This document shows, one piece after another, positions 44,015 to 55,351 of a stretch of 64,000 nucleotides of DNA. Every line of letters starts with the position of its first letter. Position 1 is the first letter of the stretch. This DNA is from Escherichia coli (GTDB lineage Bacteria; Pseudomonadota; Gammaproteobacteria; Enterobacterales; Enterobacteriaceae): the NCBI RefSeq assembly GCF_030384885.1, contig NZ_CP128613.1; one strand, written 5' to 3'. The notes beneath the pieces are model-generated. The model was given only the letters and a program-made list of their open reading frames with translations. It was not told the DNA's origin and did no database searches. Made by a program: the position numbers and the translations under genes.

Positions 44015-44116
44015 ATGAAAGAGAATAAAGTACAGCAAATCAGTCATAAACTGATTAATATCGTTGTTTTTGTCGCAATTGTAGAATACGCCTATTTATT
44101 TCTCCATTTCTATTAA
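44015..44116 (+). CDS. ykgR: Small membrane protein (33 aa)
   Basis: MKENKVQQISHKLINIVVFVAIVEYAYLFLHFY: an RBS-like GAGGAAG upstream, a single TM helix, and the ykgR position next to rpmE2. Below the ORF-track size cut-off, read manually. Confidence 0.55.
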   Translation: MKENKVQQISHKLINIVVFVAIVEYAYLFLHFY

Positions 44117-44452
44117 TAACGGCAATAAACTGTTCACTTCAGTGATATTTAAAATATGCATCCTCTCCCTTTTTTTTAAGTAATTATTATATTCGTGGGG
44201 GAGGAATACACGCTGTCAGGTAATCAATCAAACTGCGATAAATCATCGGCCAGTAAAGTGGAGATAGCCTCCATTCTCGAAAAATTCATACTCTCAGCGA
44301 AACCATCATCAATCACTCATCCAGGCGTTTATGGGAGCGTCGCCAATGGCTGCTAACAATGCCAGACTTCCCCGTTGCCGAAATTCCACATACCACAAAT
44401 GGTCACAGGAATTGGGTGTTGAAATGATTCGGATGAGCATGTATCTTTACGG

Positions 44453-44468
44453 TTATGTTATAACATAA
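44453..44468. promoter_or_regulatory. Zur-box-like perfect palindrome TTATGTTATAACATAA upstream of rpmE2
   Basis: Exact 16-bp palindrome ~10 bp before the rpmE2 start; the L31/L36 paralogue operon is a classic Zur target. Confidence 0.5.
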
Positions 44469-44480
44469 CAGGTAAAAATG

Positions 44481-44744
44481 ATGAAACCCAATATCCATCC
44501 TGAGTATCGTACTGTGGTGTTCCATGACACCAGTGTTGATGAGTACTTTAAAATCGGCTCGACTATCAAAACAGACCGTGAGATTGAGCTGGATGGCGTA
44601 ACGTATCCGTACGTGACAATTGATGTCTCTTCGAAATCGCACCCGTTCTATACAGGGAAGCTGAGAACAGTGGCATCAGAAGGAAATGTTGCACGGTTCA
44701 CCCAACGTTTTGGTCGTTTTGTTAGCACGAAAAAGGGGGCGTGA
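44481..44744 (+). CDS. rpmE2: Ribosomal protein L31 paralogue (type B, zinc-independent)
   Basis: 87 aa ([17 protein letters not shown]…) lacking the CxxC zinc ribbon of canonical L31. Confidence 0.9.
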
Positions 44745-44884
44745 TGAAAGTCCTTAACTCTCTGCGTACCGCAAAAGAACGCCATCCAGACTGTCAGATT
44801 GTGAAGCGAAAAGGACGGCTGTATGTGATTTGTAAATCTAATCCACGTTTTAAGGCCGTTCAGGGACGTAAGAAAAAGCGTTGA
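44744..44884 (+). CDS. rpmJ2: Ribosomal protein L36 paralogue
   Basis: 46-aa basic ORF ([46 protein letters not shown]) whose ATG overlaps the rpmE2 stop (TGATG). Read manually; too small for the track. Confidence 0.85.
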   Translation: MKVLNSLRTAKERHPDCQIVKRKGRLYVICKSNPRFKAVQGRKKKR

Positions 44885-44938
44885 TTCATAATTCGCCGGA
44901 TTAACGATATTTGTCTGATTAATAATCAGACCGGATTA

Positions 44939-44972
44939 ATGTTGGTGTATTGATTACACCAACATTAATTTT
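44939..44972 (+). terminator. Rho-independent terminator of rpmE2-rpmJ2
   Basis: 11-bp perfect stem ATGTTGGTGTA / TACACCAACAT with a 5-nt loop, followed by TAATTTT. Confidence 0.7.
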
Positions 44973-45206
44973 CCTGGAAATATATTCTTTAAGTTCATTT
45001 AAAGCCAACTGCCTGACGTTTCTCTCTGAATATTCCATTATATTCATGTTGATTTATTGACCAACTTCTCCCCTGTATGCTGGTATCAACTCTCTTTTAG
45101 ACTGAACAAGCCACTCCGCCCCCTCCCTTTGCGGAGCAGCCTGCATTTACACTCAAACTGTTAAGATGATAAATGTGGTAAATCTGTTGGTACTAACATA
45201 AAACGT

Positions 45207-45437
45207 TTACGCCACAGGAACAGCCTGATCCACCGGTAACCCCATCGCCGACGTTCGAGTGCCAGTTAGAGTAACGCGCACAGATGACTGCACGCAGTGC
45301 CCTGTCAAAGAGGCCATCGTTCCTGTGACAGCTGGCAGCCTTCGTTTAACTTCACTTAATTTGGCTCTTGGGGGGCTTACCGAACAGATGACGTAGTCAC
45401 ACCTATTCAATTTTTCACCACTTATTGGAGTAAACAC
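45207..45437 (-). CDS. Small hypothetical ORF (possibly ykgL-like)
   Basis: 76-aa ORF in the rpmJ2-ecpR intergenic region; no motif support. Confidence 0.25.
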   Translation of the reverse strand: MFTPISGEKLNRCDYVICSVSPPRAKLSEVKRRLPAVTGTMASLTGHCVQSSVRVTLTGTRTSAMGLPVDQAVPVA

Positions 45438-45900
45438 CCATAACCATTTTGTGCGGCATGTTAATCCATTAAAACACCTTATTGATTGTCAAATCCTCTT
45501 TAATGATGGCCAATAATAGTTTTATGTTCTATTTATTATCATTAAAACTTGTTTTTTTACTAGTCGAGCACAAAACGCATTAAGACTATTCCTAACACCT
45601 CAGGGCAAAGTTCCTGGCTAATATAAAATGTAAGTAAGAATTGAACGTTATATTGCCAATAACCTTATGAAACTGAATGTCTTTTTCTTCTTATCAAAAA
45701 AGCAATATTTTCATTTTTAGTAAATATTGACTTAACCATGGAATTCCTTTTCTGTTCACATATTGACACTCATCAGGAAAAAAACATAAATTTAAGCCCA
45801 ATCGAAAATAATTAAAACTTAATCTCGTTTAACCTATATTGATATGTGCTACGTATCTTATTTACTTCCGATTTACTAACAACACTGAATGTACCTGTAA

Positions 45901-46512
<612 letters not shown>

Positions 46513-46586
46513 ACTCCAGGCAAGTTAGTTTTAAAAAATGACTCACAGGGACATCATGTCCTCAATTTAACTCGGGAAGAAAAGCA

Positions 46587-47174
46587 ATGAAAAAAAAGGT
46601 TCTGGCAATAGCTCTGGTAACGGTGTTTACCGGCATGGGTGTGGCGCAGGCTGCTGACGTAACAGCTCAGGCTGTAGCGACATGGTCGGCAACAGCCAAA
46701 AAAGACACCACCAGTAAACTGGTGGTGACGCCACTCGGTAGCCTGGCGTTCCAGTATGCCGAAGGCATTAAAGGCTTTAACTCACAGAAAGGTCTATTTG
46801 ACGTGGCTATTGAGGGTGACTCAACGGCTACCGCCTTTAAACTGACCTCACGTCTTATCACCAACACCTTAACCCAGTTGGATACCTCAGGTTCCACACT
46901 GAATGTGGGCGTGGATTATAACGGCGCGGCAGTCGAAAAAACTGGCGATACCGTGATGATCGATACCGCCAACGGCGTACTGGGCGGCAACCTTAGCCCG
47001 CTGGCTAACGGTTACAATGCCAGCAATCGTACCACCGCACAGGATGGTTTCACCTTCTCCATCATCAGCGGTACCACCAATGGTACCACCGCAGTAACCG
47101 ATTACAGCACTCTACCGGAAGGCATCTGGAGCGGCGACGTTAGCGTACAGTTCGACGCGACCTGGACCAGTTAA
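46587..47174 (+). CDS. ecpA: E. coli common pilus major subunit
   Basis: 195 aa, signal peptide, Thr/Ser/Gly-rich pilin. Confidence 0.95.
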   Translation: MKKKVLAIALVTVFTGMGVAQAADVTAQAVATWSATAKKDTTSKLVVTPLGSLAFQYAEGIKGFNSQKGLFDVAIEGDSTATAFKLTSRLITNTLTQLDTSGSTLNVGVDYNGAAVEKTGDTVMIDTANGVLGGNLSPLANGYNASNRTTAQDGFTFSIISGTTNGTTAVTDYSTLPEGIWSGDVSVQFDATWTS

Positions 47175-47189
47175 TCTCTCTGATGTACC

Positions 47190-47215
47190 AGCAGGGGTAG
47201 CCCCCCTGCTTTATT
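47190..47215 (+). terminator. Intra-operon hairpin after ecpA (stem AGCAGGGG / CCCCTGCT)
   Basis: 8-bp GC-rich stem and TTATT immediately after the pilin stop; candidate partial terminator setting pilin:assembly-gene stoichiometry. Confidence 0.35.
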
Positions 47216-47231
47216 CCTGGACGGAATTGTT

Positions 47232-47900
47232 ATGAAAAAGCACCTTCTGCCTCTCGCTCTGCTGTTTGCCGGAATATCTCCGGCCCATGCGCTGGATGTC
47301 GGCGATATATCATCGTTTATGAACAGTGACAGCAGCACGCTGAGCAAAACAATCAAAAACAGTACCGACAGTGGTCGCCTCATCAATATCCGTCTCGAAC
47401 GGCTCTCTTCACCGCTTGACGACGGGCAGGTTATCGCAATGGACAAGCCGGATGAGTTGCTACTCACTCCCACCAGCTTGCTGCTACCCGCCCAAGCCAG
47501 CGAAGTGATCCGCTTCTTCTATAAGGGACCAGTAGATGAGAAAGAGCGCTATTACCGCATTGTCTGGTTCGATCAGGCCCTCAGTGATGCGCAGCGCGAT
47601 AATGCCAACCGCAGCGCTGTAGCCACTGCTTCCGCCCGCATCGGCACCATTCTGGTCGTCGCCCCCCGCCAGGCGAACTACCGCTTTCAGTACGCCAACG
47701 GCTCCCTGACAAATACAGGAAATGCGACGCTGCGGATCCTCGCCTACGGCCCCTGCCTGAAAGCCGCCAATGGTAAGGAGTGTAAAGAAAACTACTACCT
47801 GATGCCGGGCAAGTCGCGTCGTTTTACCCGCGTGGACACTGCGGATAACAAAGGACGGGTTGCACTTTGGCAGGGTGATAAGTTCATTCCCGTGAAATAG
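47232..47900 (+). CDS. ecpB: ECP pilus periplasmic chaperone
   Basis: 222 aa, signal peptide, operon position. Confidence 0.9.
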   Translation: MKKHLLPLALLFAGISPAHALDVGDISSFMNSDSSTLSKTIKNSTDSGRLINIRLERLSSPLDDGQVIAMDKPDELLLTPTSLLLPAQASEVIRFFYKGPVDEKERYYRIVWFDQALSDAQRDNANRSAVATASARIGTILVVAPRQANYRFQYANGSLTNTGNATLRILAYGPCLKAANGKECKENYYLMPGKSRRFTRVDTADNKGRVALWQGDKFIPVK

Positions 47901-47925
47901 ATAGCTGTGCAGATGGATAACGACA

Positions 47926-50451
47926 ATGCCTTTACGACGGTTCTCCCCAGGACTGAAAGCCCAGTTTGCCTTCGGCATGGTCTTTTTGTTCGTTCAGCCC
48001 GATGCCAGCGCTGCTGACATAAGCGCGCAGCAAATAGGTGGGGTGATTATTCCGCAGGCCTTCAGTCAGGCGCTTCAGGACGGCATGAGCGTCCCGCTCT
48101 ATATTCATCTTGCCGGTAGCCAGGGTCGCCAGGACGATCAGCGAATCGGCAGCGCTTTTATCTGGTTGGATGATGGACAGTTACGCATCCGGAAAATACA
48201 GCTGGAAGAGAGTGAAGATAACGCCAGTGTCAGCGAACAAACTCGACAGCAGCTGATGGCTCTGGCGAACACCCCGTTCAATGGGGCCCTTACCATCCCC
48301 CTGACTGACAACGCGCAGTTGGATCTCAGCTTGCGCCAACTGCTGCTGCAGCTGGTAGTCAAGCGCGAAGCACTGGGCACCGTACTACGCTCACGTAGCG
48401 AAGACATCGGGCAATCCAGTGTTAACACCCTCAGCAGTAACCTGAGCTATAACTTCGGCATCTATAACAACCAGTTGCGTAACGGCGGGAACAATACATC
48501 CAGCTATCTGTCGCTAAATAACGTGACAGCACTGCGCGAACATCATGTGGTGCTCGACGGCTCGCTGTATGGGATCGGTAGCGGTCAACAGGACAGTGAA
48601 TTATATAAAGCGATGTATGAACGCGATTTTGCTGGTCACCGATTTGCCGGTGGAATGCTCGACACCTGGAACTTGCAGTCCTTAGGGCCGATGACCGCCA
48701 TTTCAGCAGGGAAGATTTACGGCCTTTCCTGGGGAAACCAGGCCAGCTCCACCATCTTCGACAGCAGCCAGTCGGCCACGCCAGTGATCGCCTTTTTACC
48801 TGCAGCGGGCGAAGTACATCTCACCCGTGATGGGCGGTTACTGAGTGTTCAGAACTTCACCATGGGCAATCATGAAGTGGATACCCGAGGTCTACCGTAC
48901 GGTATTTACGATGTGGAAGTTGAGGTGATCGTTAACGGTCGCGTGATCAGCAAACGCACTCAACGGGTCAATAAGCTGTTTAGCCGGGGGCGCGGTGTCG
49001 GTGCGCCGCTGGCGTGGCAGATATGGGGCGGTAGCTTTCATATGGATCGCTGGTCGGAAAACGGGAAAAAGACGCGACCAGCTAAAGAGAGCTGGCTAGC
49101 AGGTGCCTCGAGCTCCGGCTCACTGAGTACGCTTAGCTGGGCGGCAACGGGATATGGATACGATAATCAGGCGGTGGGTGAAACCCGTCTGACGCTGCCG
49201 CTTGGGGGAGCGATCAACGTTAACCTGCAAAATATGCTGGCCAGTGACAGCTCATGGAGCAGCATCGGCAGCATCAGCGCCACTCTACCGGGAGGCTTTA
49301 GTTCGCTATGGGTTAATCAGGAAAAAACCCGCATTGGCAATCAATTGCGACGTAGCGATGCCGACAACCGTGCAATCGGCGGCACACTCAACCTGAACTC
49401 ACTGTGGTCGAAGCTGGGCACATTCAGCATCAGCTACAATGATGACCGCCGTTACAACAGCCATTATTACACGGCAGATTACTATCAAAATGTCTACAGC
49501 GGTACCTTTGGTTCGCTTGGCCTGCGAGCCGGTATTCAGCGCTATAACAACGGCGACAGCAGCGCCAATACAGGGAAATATATCGCTCTCGATCTCTCGC
49601 TACCTCTGGGCAACTGGTTTAGCGCAGGGATGACCCATCAAAACGGCTACACCATGGCAAACCTGTCAGCACGCAAACAGTTTGATGAAGGGACCATTCG
49701 CACTGTTGGTGCCAATCTGTCACGAGCCATCTCCGGCGATACCGGTGATGACAAAACCCTCAGCGGTGGGGCGTATGCACAGTTCGACGCTCGTTACGCC
49801 AGCGGAACGCTGAACGTCAATAGCGCGGCGGACGGCTACGTCAATACCAACTTAACTGCCAATGGCAGCGTTGGCTGGCAGGGTAAAAACATTGCTGCCA
49901 GCGGGCGGACTGATGGCAACGCCGGGGTGATATTCAATACCGGGCTGGAGGACGACGGTCAGCTCAGCGCCAAAATCAACGGACGGATTTTCCCGCTTAA
50001 CGGCAAGCGCAACTACCTCCCGCTCTCTCCGTATGGGAGATATGAGGTGGAGTTGCAGAACAGCAAAAACTCAATCGACAGCTACGATATCGTCAGCGGC
50101 CGCAAAAGCCATCTGACCCTCTATCCAGGCAATGTCGCCGTCATTGAGCCAGAGGTGAAGCAGATGGTTACCGTCTCCGGTCGTATCCGTGCAGAAGACG
50201 GCACACTGCTGGCTAACGCACGGATTAACAACCATATCGGCCGAACCCGAACCGATGAAAACGGCGAGTTTGTCATGGACGTGGATAAGAAATACCCCAC
50301 TATCGATTTTCGCTACAGTGGCAATAAAACCTGCGAAGTGGCACTGGAACTCGACCAGGCGCGCGGTGCCGTCTGGGTCGGTGATGTGGTCTGCAGCGGC
50401 CTCTCATCGTGGGCGGCGGTGACGCAGACAGGAGAAGAGAATGAGAGTTAA
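47926..50451 (+). CDS. ecpC: ECP pilus outer-membrane usher
   Basis: 841 aa, signal peptide, large beta-rich protein. Confidence 0.9.
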   Translation: MPLRRFSPGLKAQFAFGMVFLFVQPDASAADISAQQIGGVIIPQAFSQALQDGMSVPLYIHLAGSQGRQDDQRIGSAFIWLDDGQLRIRKIQLEESEDNASVSEQTRQQLMALANTPFNGALTIPLTDNAQLDLSLRQLLLQLVVKREALGTVLRSRSEDIGQSSVNTLSSNLSYNFGIYNNQLRNGGNNTSSYLSLNNVTALREHHVVLDGSLYGIGSGQQDSELYKAMYERDFAGHRFAGGMLDTWNLQSLGPMTAISAGKIYGLSWGNQASSTIFDSSQSATPVIAFLPAAGEVHLTRDGRLLSVQNFTMGNHEVDTRGLPYGIYDVEVEVIVNGRVISKRTQRVNKLFSRGRGVGAPLAWQIWGGSFHMDRWSENGKKTRPAKESWLAGASSSGSLSTLSWAATGYGYDNQAVGETRLTLPLGGAINVNLQNMLASDSSWSSIGSISATLPGGFSSLWVNQEKTRIGNQLRRSDADNRAIGGTLNLNSLWSKLGTFSISYNDDRRYNSHYYTADYYQNVYSGTFGSLGLRAGIQRYNNGDSSANTGKYIALDLSLPLGNWFSAGMTHQNGYTMANLSARKQFDEGTIRTVGANLSRAISGDTGDDKTLSGGAYAQFDARYASGTLNVNSAADGYVNTNLTANGSVGWQGKNIAASGRTDGNAGVIFNTGLEDDGQLSAKINGRIFPLNGKRNYLPLSPYGRYEVELQNSKNSIDSYDIVSGRKSHLTLYPGNVAVIEPEVKQMVTVSGRIRAEDGTLLANARINNHIGRTRTDENGEFVMDVDKKYPTIDFRYSGNKTCEVALELDQARGAVWVGDVVCSGLSSWAAVTQTGEENES

Positions 50452-52084
50452 CCTACTGATAGCGATGATAATCTTTGCGCTATTCTGGCCAGCAACCGCG
50501 CTCAGAGCTGCAGTGAGCAAAACAACCTGGGCGGATGCACCGGCACGCGAGTTTGTGTTTGTCGAAAACAACTCAGACGACAACTTTTTCGTCACTCCTG
50601 GCGGGGCGCTGGATCCGCGCCTGACCGGTGCCAACCGCTGGACCGGTTTAAAATACACTGGCTCAGGAACCATCTATCAACAAAGCCTCGGCTACATTGA
50701 TAACGGTTACAACACCGGCCTTTATACCAACTGGAAGTTTGATATGTGGCTGGAAAATTCGCCGGTTTCATCTCCTTTAACTGGCTTGCGCTGCATCAAC
50801 TGGTACACAGGGTGTAATATGACCACCAGTCTTATCCTGCCGCAAACCACCGACGCCAGTGGATTTTATGGCGCGACGGTGACCAGCGGCGGCTCGAAGT
50901 GGATGCACGGCATGTTGTCAGACGCGTTTTACCAGTATCTGCAACAAATGCCCGTTGGCAGCAGCTTTACGATGACCATCAATGCCTGCCAAACCTCAGT
51001 GAACTATGACGCCAGCAGCGGCGCGCGCTGTAAGGATCAGGCCTCCGGCAACTGGTATGTTCGCAACGTCACCCATACGAAAGCAGCAAATTTGCGGTTG
51101 ATAAATACCCATTCGCTGGCGGAGGTATTTATCAACAGCGACGGAGTACCGACTCTGGGCGAAGGGAACGCCGACTGCCGGACGCAAACCATCGGCAGCC
51201 GTTCAGGATTAAGTTGTAAGATGGTTAACTATACCCTGCAAACAAACGGGCTCAGCAACACCTCAATCCATATATTCCCGGCGATCGCCAACTCGTCGTT
51301 AGCCTCGGCCGTCGGGGCGTACGATATGCAGTTCAGTCTGAATGGCAGTTCATGGAAACCGGTGAGCAATACCGCCTATTACTACACCTTCAACGAGATG
51401 AAGAGCGCAGACTCGATCTATGTTTTCTTCTCGAGCAACTTCTTTAAGCAGATGGTGAACCTGGGGATCAGCGATATCAACACCAAAGATCTATTCAACT
51501 TTCGCTTTCAGAACACCACATCACCGGAGTCTGGCTGGTATGAATTTTCTACCTCCAACACGCTGATTATCAAACCCCGTGATTTCAGCATCAGTATTAT
51601 CTCCGATGAATATACTCAGACACCGTCGCGAGAGGGATATGTCGGCAGCGGCGAACCGGCACTCGATTTCGGCTATATCGTAACCACCAGCGGTAAAACA
51701 GCTGCCGACGAAGTGCTGATCAAGGTGACCGGACCCGCGCAGGTGATTGGCGGGCGCTCCTATTGTGTCTTCAGCTCCGATGACGGTAAGGCGAAAGTAC
51801 CGTTCCCGGCGACGCTTTCCTTTATTACCCGCAACGGAGCTACAAAAACCTACGATGCCGGGTGCGATGATAGCTGGCGGGATATGACCGATGCGCTGTG
51901 GCTAACCACACCGTGGACTGATATCTCTGGCGAAGTGGGGCAGATGGATAAGACCACAGTCAAATTTTCGATTCCAATGGATAACGCCATTTCGCTGCGT
52001 ACGGTAGATGATAACGGCTGGTTTGGCGAAGTCAGCGCTTCAGGAGAGATTCATGTTCAGGCGACGTGGCGTAACATTAACTAA
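50441..52084 (+). CDS. ecpD: ECP pilus tip adhesin
   Basis: 547 aa, signal peptide; overlaps the ecpC stop. Confidence 0.9.
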   Translation: MRVNLLIAMIIFALFWPATALRAAVSKTTWADAPAREFVFVENNSDDNFFVTPGGALDPRLTGANRWTGLKYTGSGTIYQQSLGYIDNGYNTGLYTNWKFDMWLENSPVSSPLTGLRCINWYTGCNMTTSLILPQTTDASGFYGATVTSGGSKWMHGMLSDAFYQYLQQMPVGSSFTMTINACQTSVNYDASSGARCKDQASGNWYVRNVTHTKAANLRLINTHSLAEVFINSDGVPTLGEGNADCRTQTIGSRSGLSCKMVNYTLQTNGLSNTSIHIFPAIANSSLASAVGAYDMQFSLNGSSWKPVSNTAYYYTFNEMKSADSIYVFFSSNFFKQMVNLGISDINTKDLFNFRFQNTTSPESGWYEFSTSNTLIIKPRDFSISIISDEYTQTPSREGYVGSGEPALDFGYIVTTSGKTAADEVLIKVTGPAQVIGGRSYCVFSSDDGKAKVPFPATLSFITRNGATKTYDAGCDDSWRDMTDALWLTTPWTDISGEVGQMDKTTVKFSIPMDNAISLRTVDDNGWFGEVSASGEIHVQATWRNIN

Positions 52085-52763
52085 GACCCTGCTGACAGTG
52101 GTCTGTATGCTGGCGACACCTTTGACACAGGCGATTTCGGTCGGCAATCTGACTTTTTCACTGCCGTCCGAGACTGACTTTGTCAGCAAACGTGTAGTGA
52201 ATAACAACAAAAGCGCGCGGATATACCGTATTGCCATCAGTGCCATCGATAGTCCAGGCAGCAGTGAATTGCGCACTCGACCGGTGGATGGTGAACTGCT
52301 TTTCGCTCCCCGCCAGCTGGCGTTGCAGGCTGGTGAGAGTGAGTATTTTAAATTTTACTATCATGGTCCACAGGATAACCGCGAGCGCTACTACCGGGTC
52401 TCATTTCGCGAGGTCCCCACTCGCAACCAGACAAGACGCAGCCCAACCGGCGGCGAGGTCAGCACGGAGCCGGTGGTGGTGATGGATACCATTCTGGTAG
52501 TACGACCTCGTCAGGTTCAGTTTAAATGGTCCTTCGACCAGGTGACAGGAACGGTAAGTAACACCGGCAACACGTGGTTTAAGCTACTGATTAAACCAGG
52601 ATGTGATTCGACCGAAGAGGAAGGCGACGCCTGGTATCTACGTCCGGGAGACGTAGTTCATCAGCCTGAGTTACGTCAGCCGGGGAATCATTATCTGGTC
52701 TATAACGACAAATTCATTAAGATTAGCGATTCCTGTCCTGCTAAGCCCCCTTCGGCGGACTAA
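52053..52763 (+). CDS. ecpE: ECP pilus second chaperone
   Basis: 236 aa from [11 protein letters not shown]; paralogous to EcpB (shared …RYYRI/RYYRV… motifs); overlaps the ecpD 3' end. Confidence 0.85.
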   Translation: MFRRRGVTLTKTLLTVVCMLATPLTQAISVGNLTFSLPSETDFVSKRVVNNNKSARIYRIAISAIDSPGSSELRTRPVDGELLFAPRQLALQAGESEYFKFYYHGPQDNRERYYRVSFREVPTRNQTRRSPTGGEVSTEPVVVMDTILVVRPRQVQFKWSFDQVTGTVSNTGNTWFKLLIKPGCDSTEEEGDAWYLRPGDVVHQPELRQPGNHYLVYNDKFIKISDSCPAKPPSAD

Positions 52764-52923
52764 GACTTATCCATCGGACGAGGGAAGAATTCCACCTCAG
52801 AGACTCAAATAATCGTTTAAATGATGTGGAAGCGATCGTCAATGTCACCTGTAATGATGGGCTTTCTCATATGTACACCATAGTGTTCAGGAGACACGGA
52901 AAAGTGCCAGGCAGCCTGCTAAC

Positions 52924-53053
52924 GAGTGGTTTCTTCACGAATTAGTACGTAAAATCGGTAACGGCTGGAAATCATTCAATACTCACACTATCGAAAGTTC
53001 CCCAGCCAACCGCGGTACGTTCTTACATACGATGTACCGCTGTTCTCTTTACG
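52924..53053 (+). repeat. Copy A of a ~130-bp imperfect direct repeat (non-coding), upstream of ykgJ
   Basis: By-eye alignment with 57096..57227 gives roughly 75% identity, with shared blocks GAAATCATTCAATA(C/T)TC(A/G)CACTATC, CCAGCCAACCGCG and CATACGA. Confidence 0.5.
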
Positions 53054-53076
53054 ATTTATAGCTGTACTGGTGAATT

Positions 53077-53406
53077 ATGAGCAATCTGAATCCATGCATG
53101 ACGTGTGGTGCCTGTTGTGCATTTTTCCGCGTCTCTTTTTACTGGGCCGAAGCCGACGATGCTGGCGGTACCATTCCCGCCAGGCTCACTGAACAAATAT
53201 CCCCTTTTCACCGATGCATGAGCGGTACCAATCAGAAAAACCCCCGATGTATTGCCCTTGCAGGAACACCGGGCAAAAATGCCTGCTGCACGATATATAA
53301 AAATCGATCGTCCACGTGCAGAGAATTCGCCATGTCTGGTGAGAACGGAGAAGTCAATGAGGCTTGCAATCGTGCAAGAGCTAAATACGGGCTGACACCG
53401 TTATAA
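53077..53406 (+). CDS. ykgJ: Cysteine-rich putative Fe/Zn-binding protein
   Basis: 109 aa; CMTCGACC and further Cys clusters. Confidence 0.85.
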   Translation: MSNLNPCMTCGACCAFFRVSFYWAEADDAGGTIPARLTEQISPFHRCMSGTNQKNPRCIALAGTPGKNACCTIYKNRSSTCREFAMSGENGEVNEACNRARAKYGLTPL

Positions 53407-53428
53407 ATATGCAATAATTAATTGCACT

Positions 53429-53464
53429 GCCCCGCCAGCTATAATCGCGGGGCTTCGTTTTTCA
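53429..53464 (+). terminator. Rho-independent terminator of ykgJ
   Basis: Stem GCCCCGC / GCGGGGC followed by TTCGTTTTT. Confidence 0.65.
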
Positions 53465-53611
53465 GGGATAACAAAACCCGAAACTTCTTCCATCTGCCAG
53501 CAACAATGCCTCTTCCTCTATAGTGTTCTCCGGATCTACAGCATCCTGAAGTAGCGCGATGTACTCACTGGCTATCTGCATCAGAAAGTTAAAAACAATG
53601 TTTTTAACCTA

Positions 53612-53640
53612 TAAAAATGGCGCTGTATTTGCGCCATTTT
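53612..53640. terminator. Bidirectional terminator-like hairpin (AAAAATGGCGC … GCGCCATTTTT) 3' of yagU
   Basis: Perfect stem flanked by an A-tract and a T-tract. Confidence 0.5.
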
Positions 53641-53654
53641 TATCATTCAATGCA

Positions 53655-54269
53655 TTATCTGTTTGAGCCTAAAGGGATCTCAGGGTCTGGCTCATGAGTA
53701 ATTCTGTTTCGTAAATCTCTGCGAATAATTTCAATGGACCAGAACCAGACTAAATGTCCAAAAATTTCAGAAACATTCTCATACCACGGGAGATCAAACA
53801 GAGGTGGCGTCAGTCCCATGAGAGGGAATGAAATCATATGAACAAAAAGTTGGGCTAAAGCACCTGCCAGTAAGCCCTGCCAGAGTTTAATTTTTGGAAA
53901 TACTTCAGCGACCACACAATAACCGACAGCAAACACTATCGAAAAGATAATGTGCGTAACACCAACCCAGTTAAAGACATGCCCGGCAAAGGTATAAACA
54001 GCCGCATTGGGATCTGTCAGCCCCAGCCAGTCTCGAAGAAAAATATACGGAGGATTGAGAAAATTACGGGAGCAATCAATTTGCCCAGCAGCCCTGATTA
54101 ATGATTCCGGGCCACACGCTGCATTAAACATATCCACCGGGCTACGTGGCGGCAATGGAACTTCAGCCCCCCACTTCACAAATGCGGAAACAACGCCAGC
54201 AATTAGCCCAATGAATGCAGCAAGACCATAACGTCTGCGGTTCGGTGGAGTTTGTTCAAATATATTCAT
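53655..54269 (-). CDS. yagU: Inner-membrane protein (DUF1440)
   Basis: 204-aa multi-TM protein. Confidence 0.85.
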
Positions 54270-54331
54270 ATTTACCCTGTTTGTTTCATTATGTTGTACA
54301 CCTCTTCAGGAGTATTCATAAAACAAGATAA

Positions 54332-54500
54332 ATGTAAAGAACTGTATTGTTTTGTATAATGCAATGGTGACTAATCGCCAATTAATATAAGCACCATCAT
54401 TTCTCCATATTTTTATGTTAGAAGTGACAAGGAGAAATGTAATGTTTCTCTCAGAGAATATAAATCATTCCTTTTGCCCACCTTAATGGTGGGCTTTTTT
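54332..54500 (+). ncRNA. Candidate short transcription unit: promoter (perfect -10 TATAAT at ~54355), 14-codon ORF (MFLSENINHSFCPP, 54442..54486, SD AAGGAG) and intrinsic terminator (54476..54500)
   Basis: TATAAT preceded by TG; then an RBS-plus-mini-ORF whose stop sits inside a GC-rich hairpin (GCCCACC-TTAAT-GGTGGGC) followed by TTTTTT. Confidence 0.35.
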
Positions 54501-54865
54501 ATGCAAAACCTGAACACCCTGTGGTATTCCCCTGGCATTATCACTTTCGCGATTAACCAACAGCCAGACCAGCAAACACGCCACTACAGGCACAGCAAAA
54601 TCCATCAGGCTTGCCACACCCCATGCGTGCGGCTCAAAGCCGCCCCGCCATGGCATATTAATCCGCTTACCATTTTCGAACAGCTGATTGGTTTAGTCCG
54701 GTGTTTCCCTGCTTGCACTTAAAAATGAGCGGATGGGAAACTCTCGAAATGGTTCGTCGATATGCTCACCTTTCAGTCAGGCATTTCACCGCGCACGCGA
54801 GCAAAATCAAAGGCACATGAGGAGAATGTGGTTGACTTAAAAACGAGGAAACTTATTGATTTAAA

Positions 54866-54912
54866 TGGTGCCGATAATAGGAGTCGAACCTACGACCTTC
54901 GCATTACGAATT
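54866..54912 (-). tRNA. Pseudo-tRNA: 3' ~47 nt of a tRNA-Thr (thrW-like) = att core of an integrated element
   Basis: The minus strand reads …ATTCGTAATGCGAAGGTCGTAGGTTCGACTCCTATTATCGGCACCA (anticodon arm with CGU, T-arm GGTTCGACTCC, acceptor 3' strand + CCA); the 5' half (GCCGATA…) is absent, so this is a fragment. Confidence 0.75.
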
Positions 54913-55282
54913 ATAAGAATCCGTTTCTAATTCAAAGCATTACCACATCAACACTGCGCTCACACGTCCCACCACATCAAAACATGTAAAGCCTTGCAAG
55001 CCATTGTGAGGCCTTATGTGTCTCAGTTTTGTCCCACCTTGTATTACGACTTGCATAACCAATGAAGATAAACGTGACGACAAACGACGCAGCAGTCTTC
55101 TTTTCTTTCACACTTTCCCCACTCAGCATGCATACCTTCTACTATAACTGTAGTGAATGTCTGTTATGAGCGAGGAGCGGACTATCTTTCTGTGCTAAGC
55201 ACAGAAGTTTAAATTAATAAATAGAGATTAAGATGTTTATTGGTTACATTGATATTTATAATTTGATTGCCTTGAAATTCCT

Positions 55283-55322
55283 AAGCCGAATTCATGACGT
55301 CTTCATCACATGAATTCGGCTT
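55283..55322. terminator. Perfect 14-bp-stem hairpin (AAGCCGAATTCATG … CATGAATTCGGCTT) 3' of the 447-aa cargo gene
   Basis: Exact reverse-complement arms around a 12-nt loop, ~30 bp beyond the gene's stop. Confidence 0.55.
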
Positions 55323-55351
55323 ATGCATAATACTAAGTTGGTTTTATTAAG

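Noticed and set aside
54474-54722. 82-aa plus-strand ORF near yagU
   Set aside because: Starts inside the terminator hairpin, has an implausible composition and no RBS; the small transcription unit upstream better explains the region.
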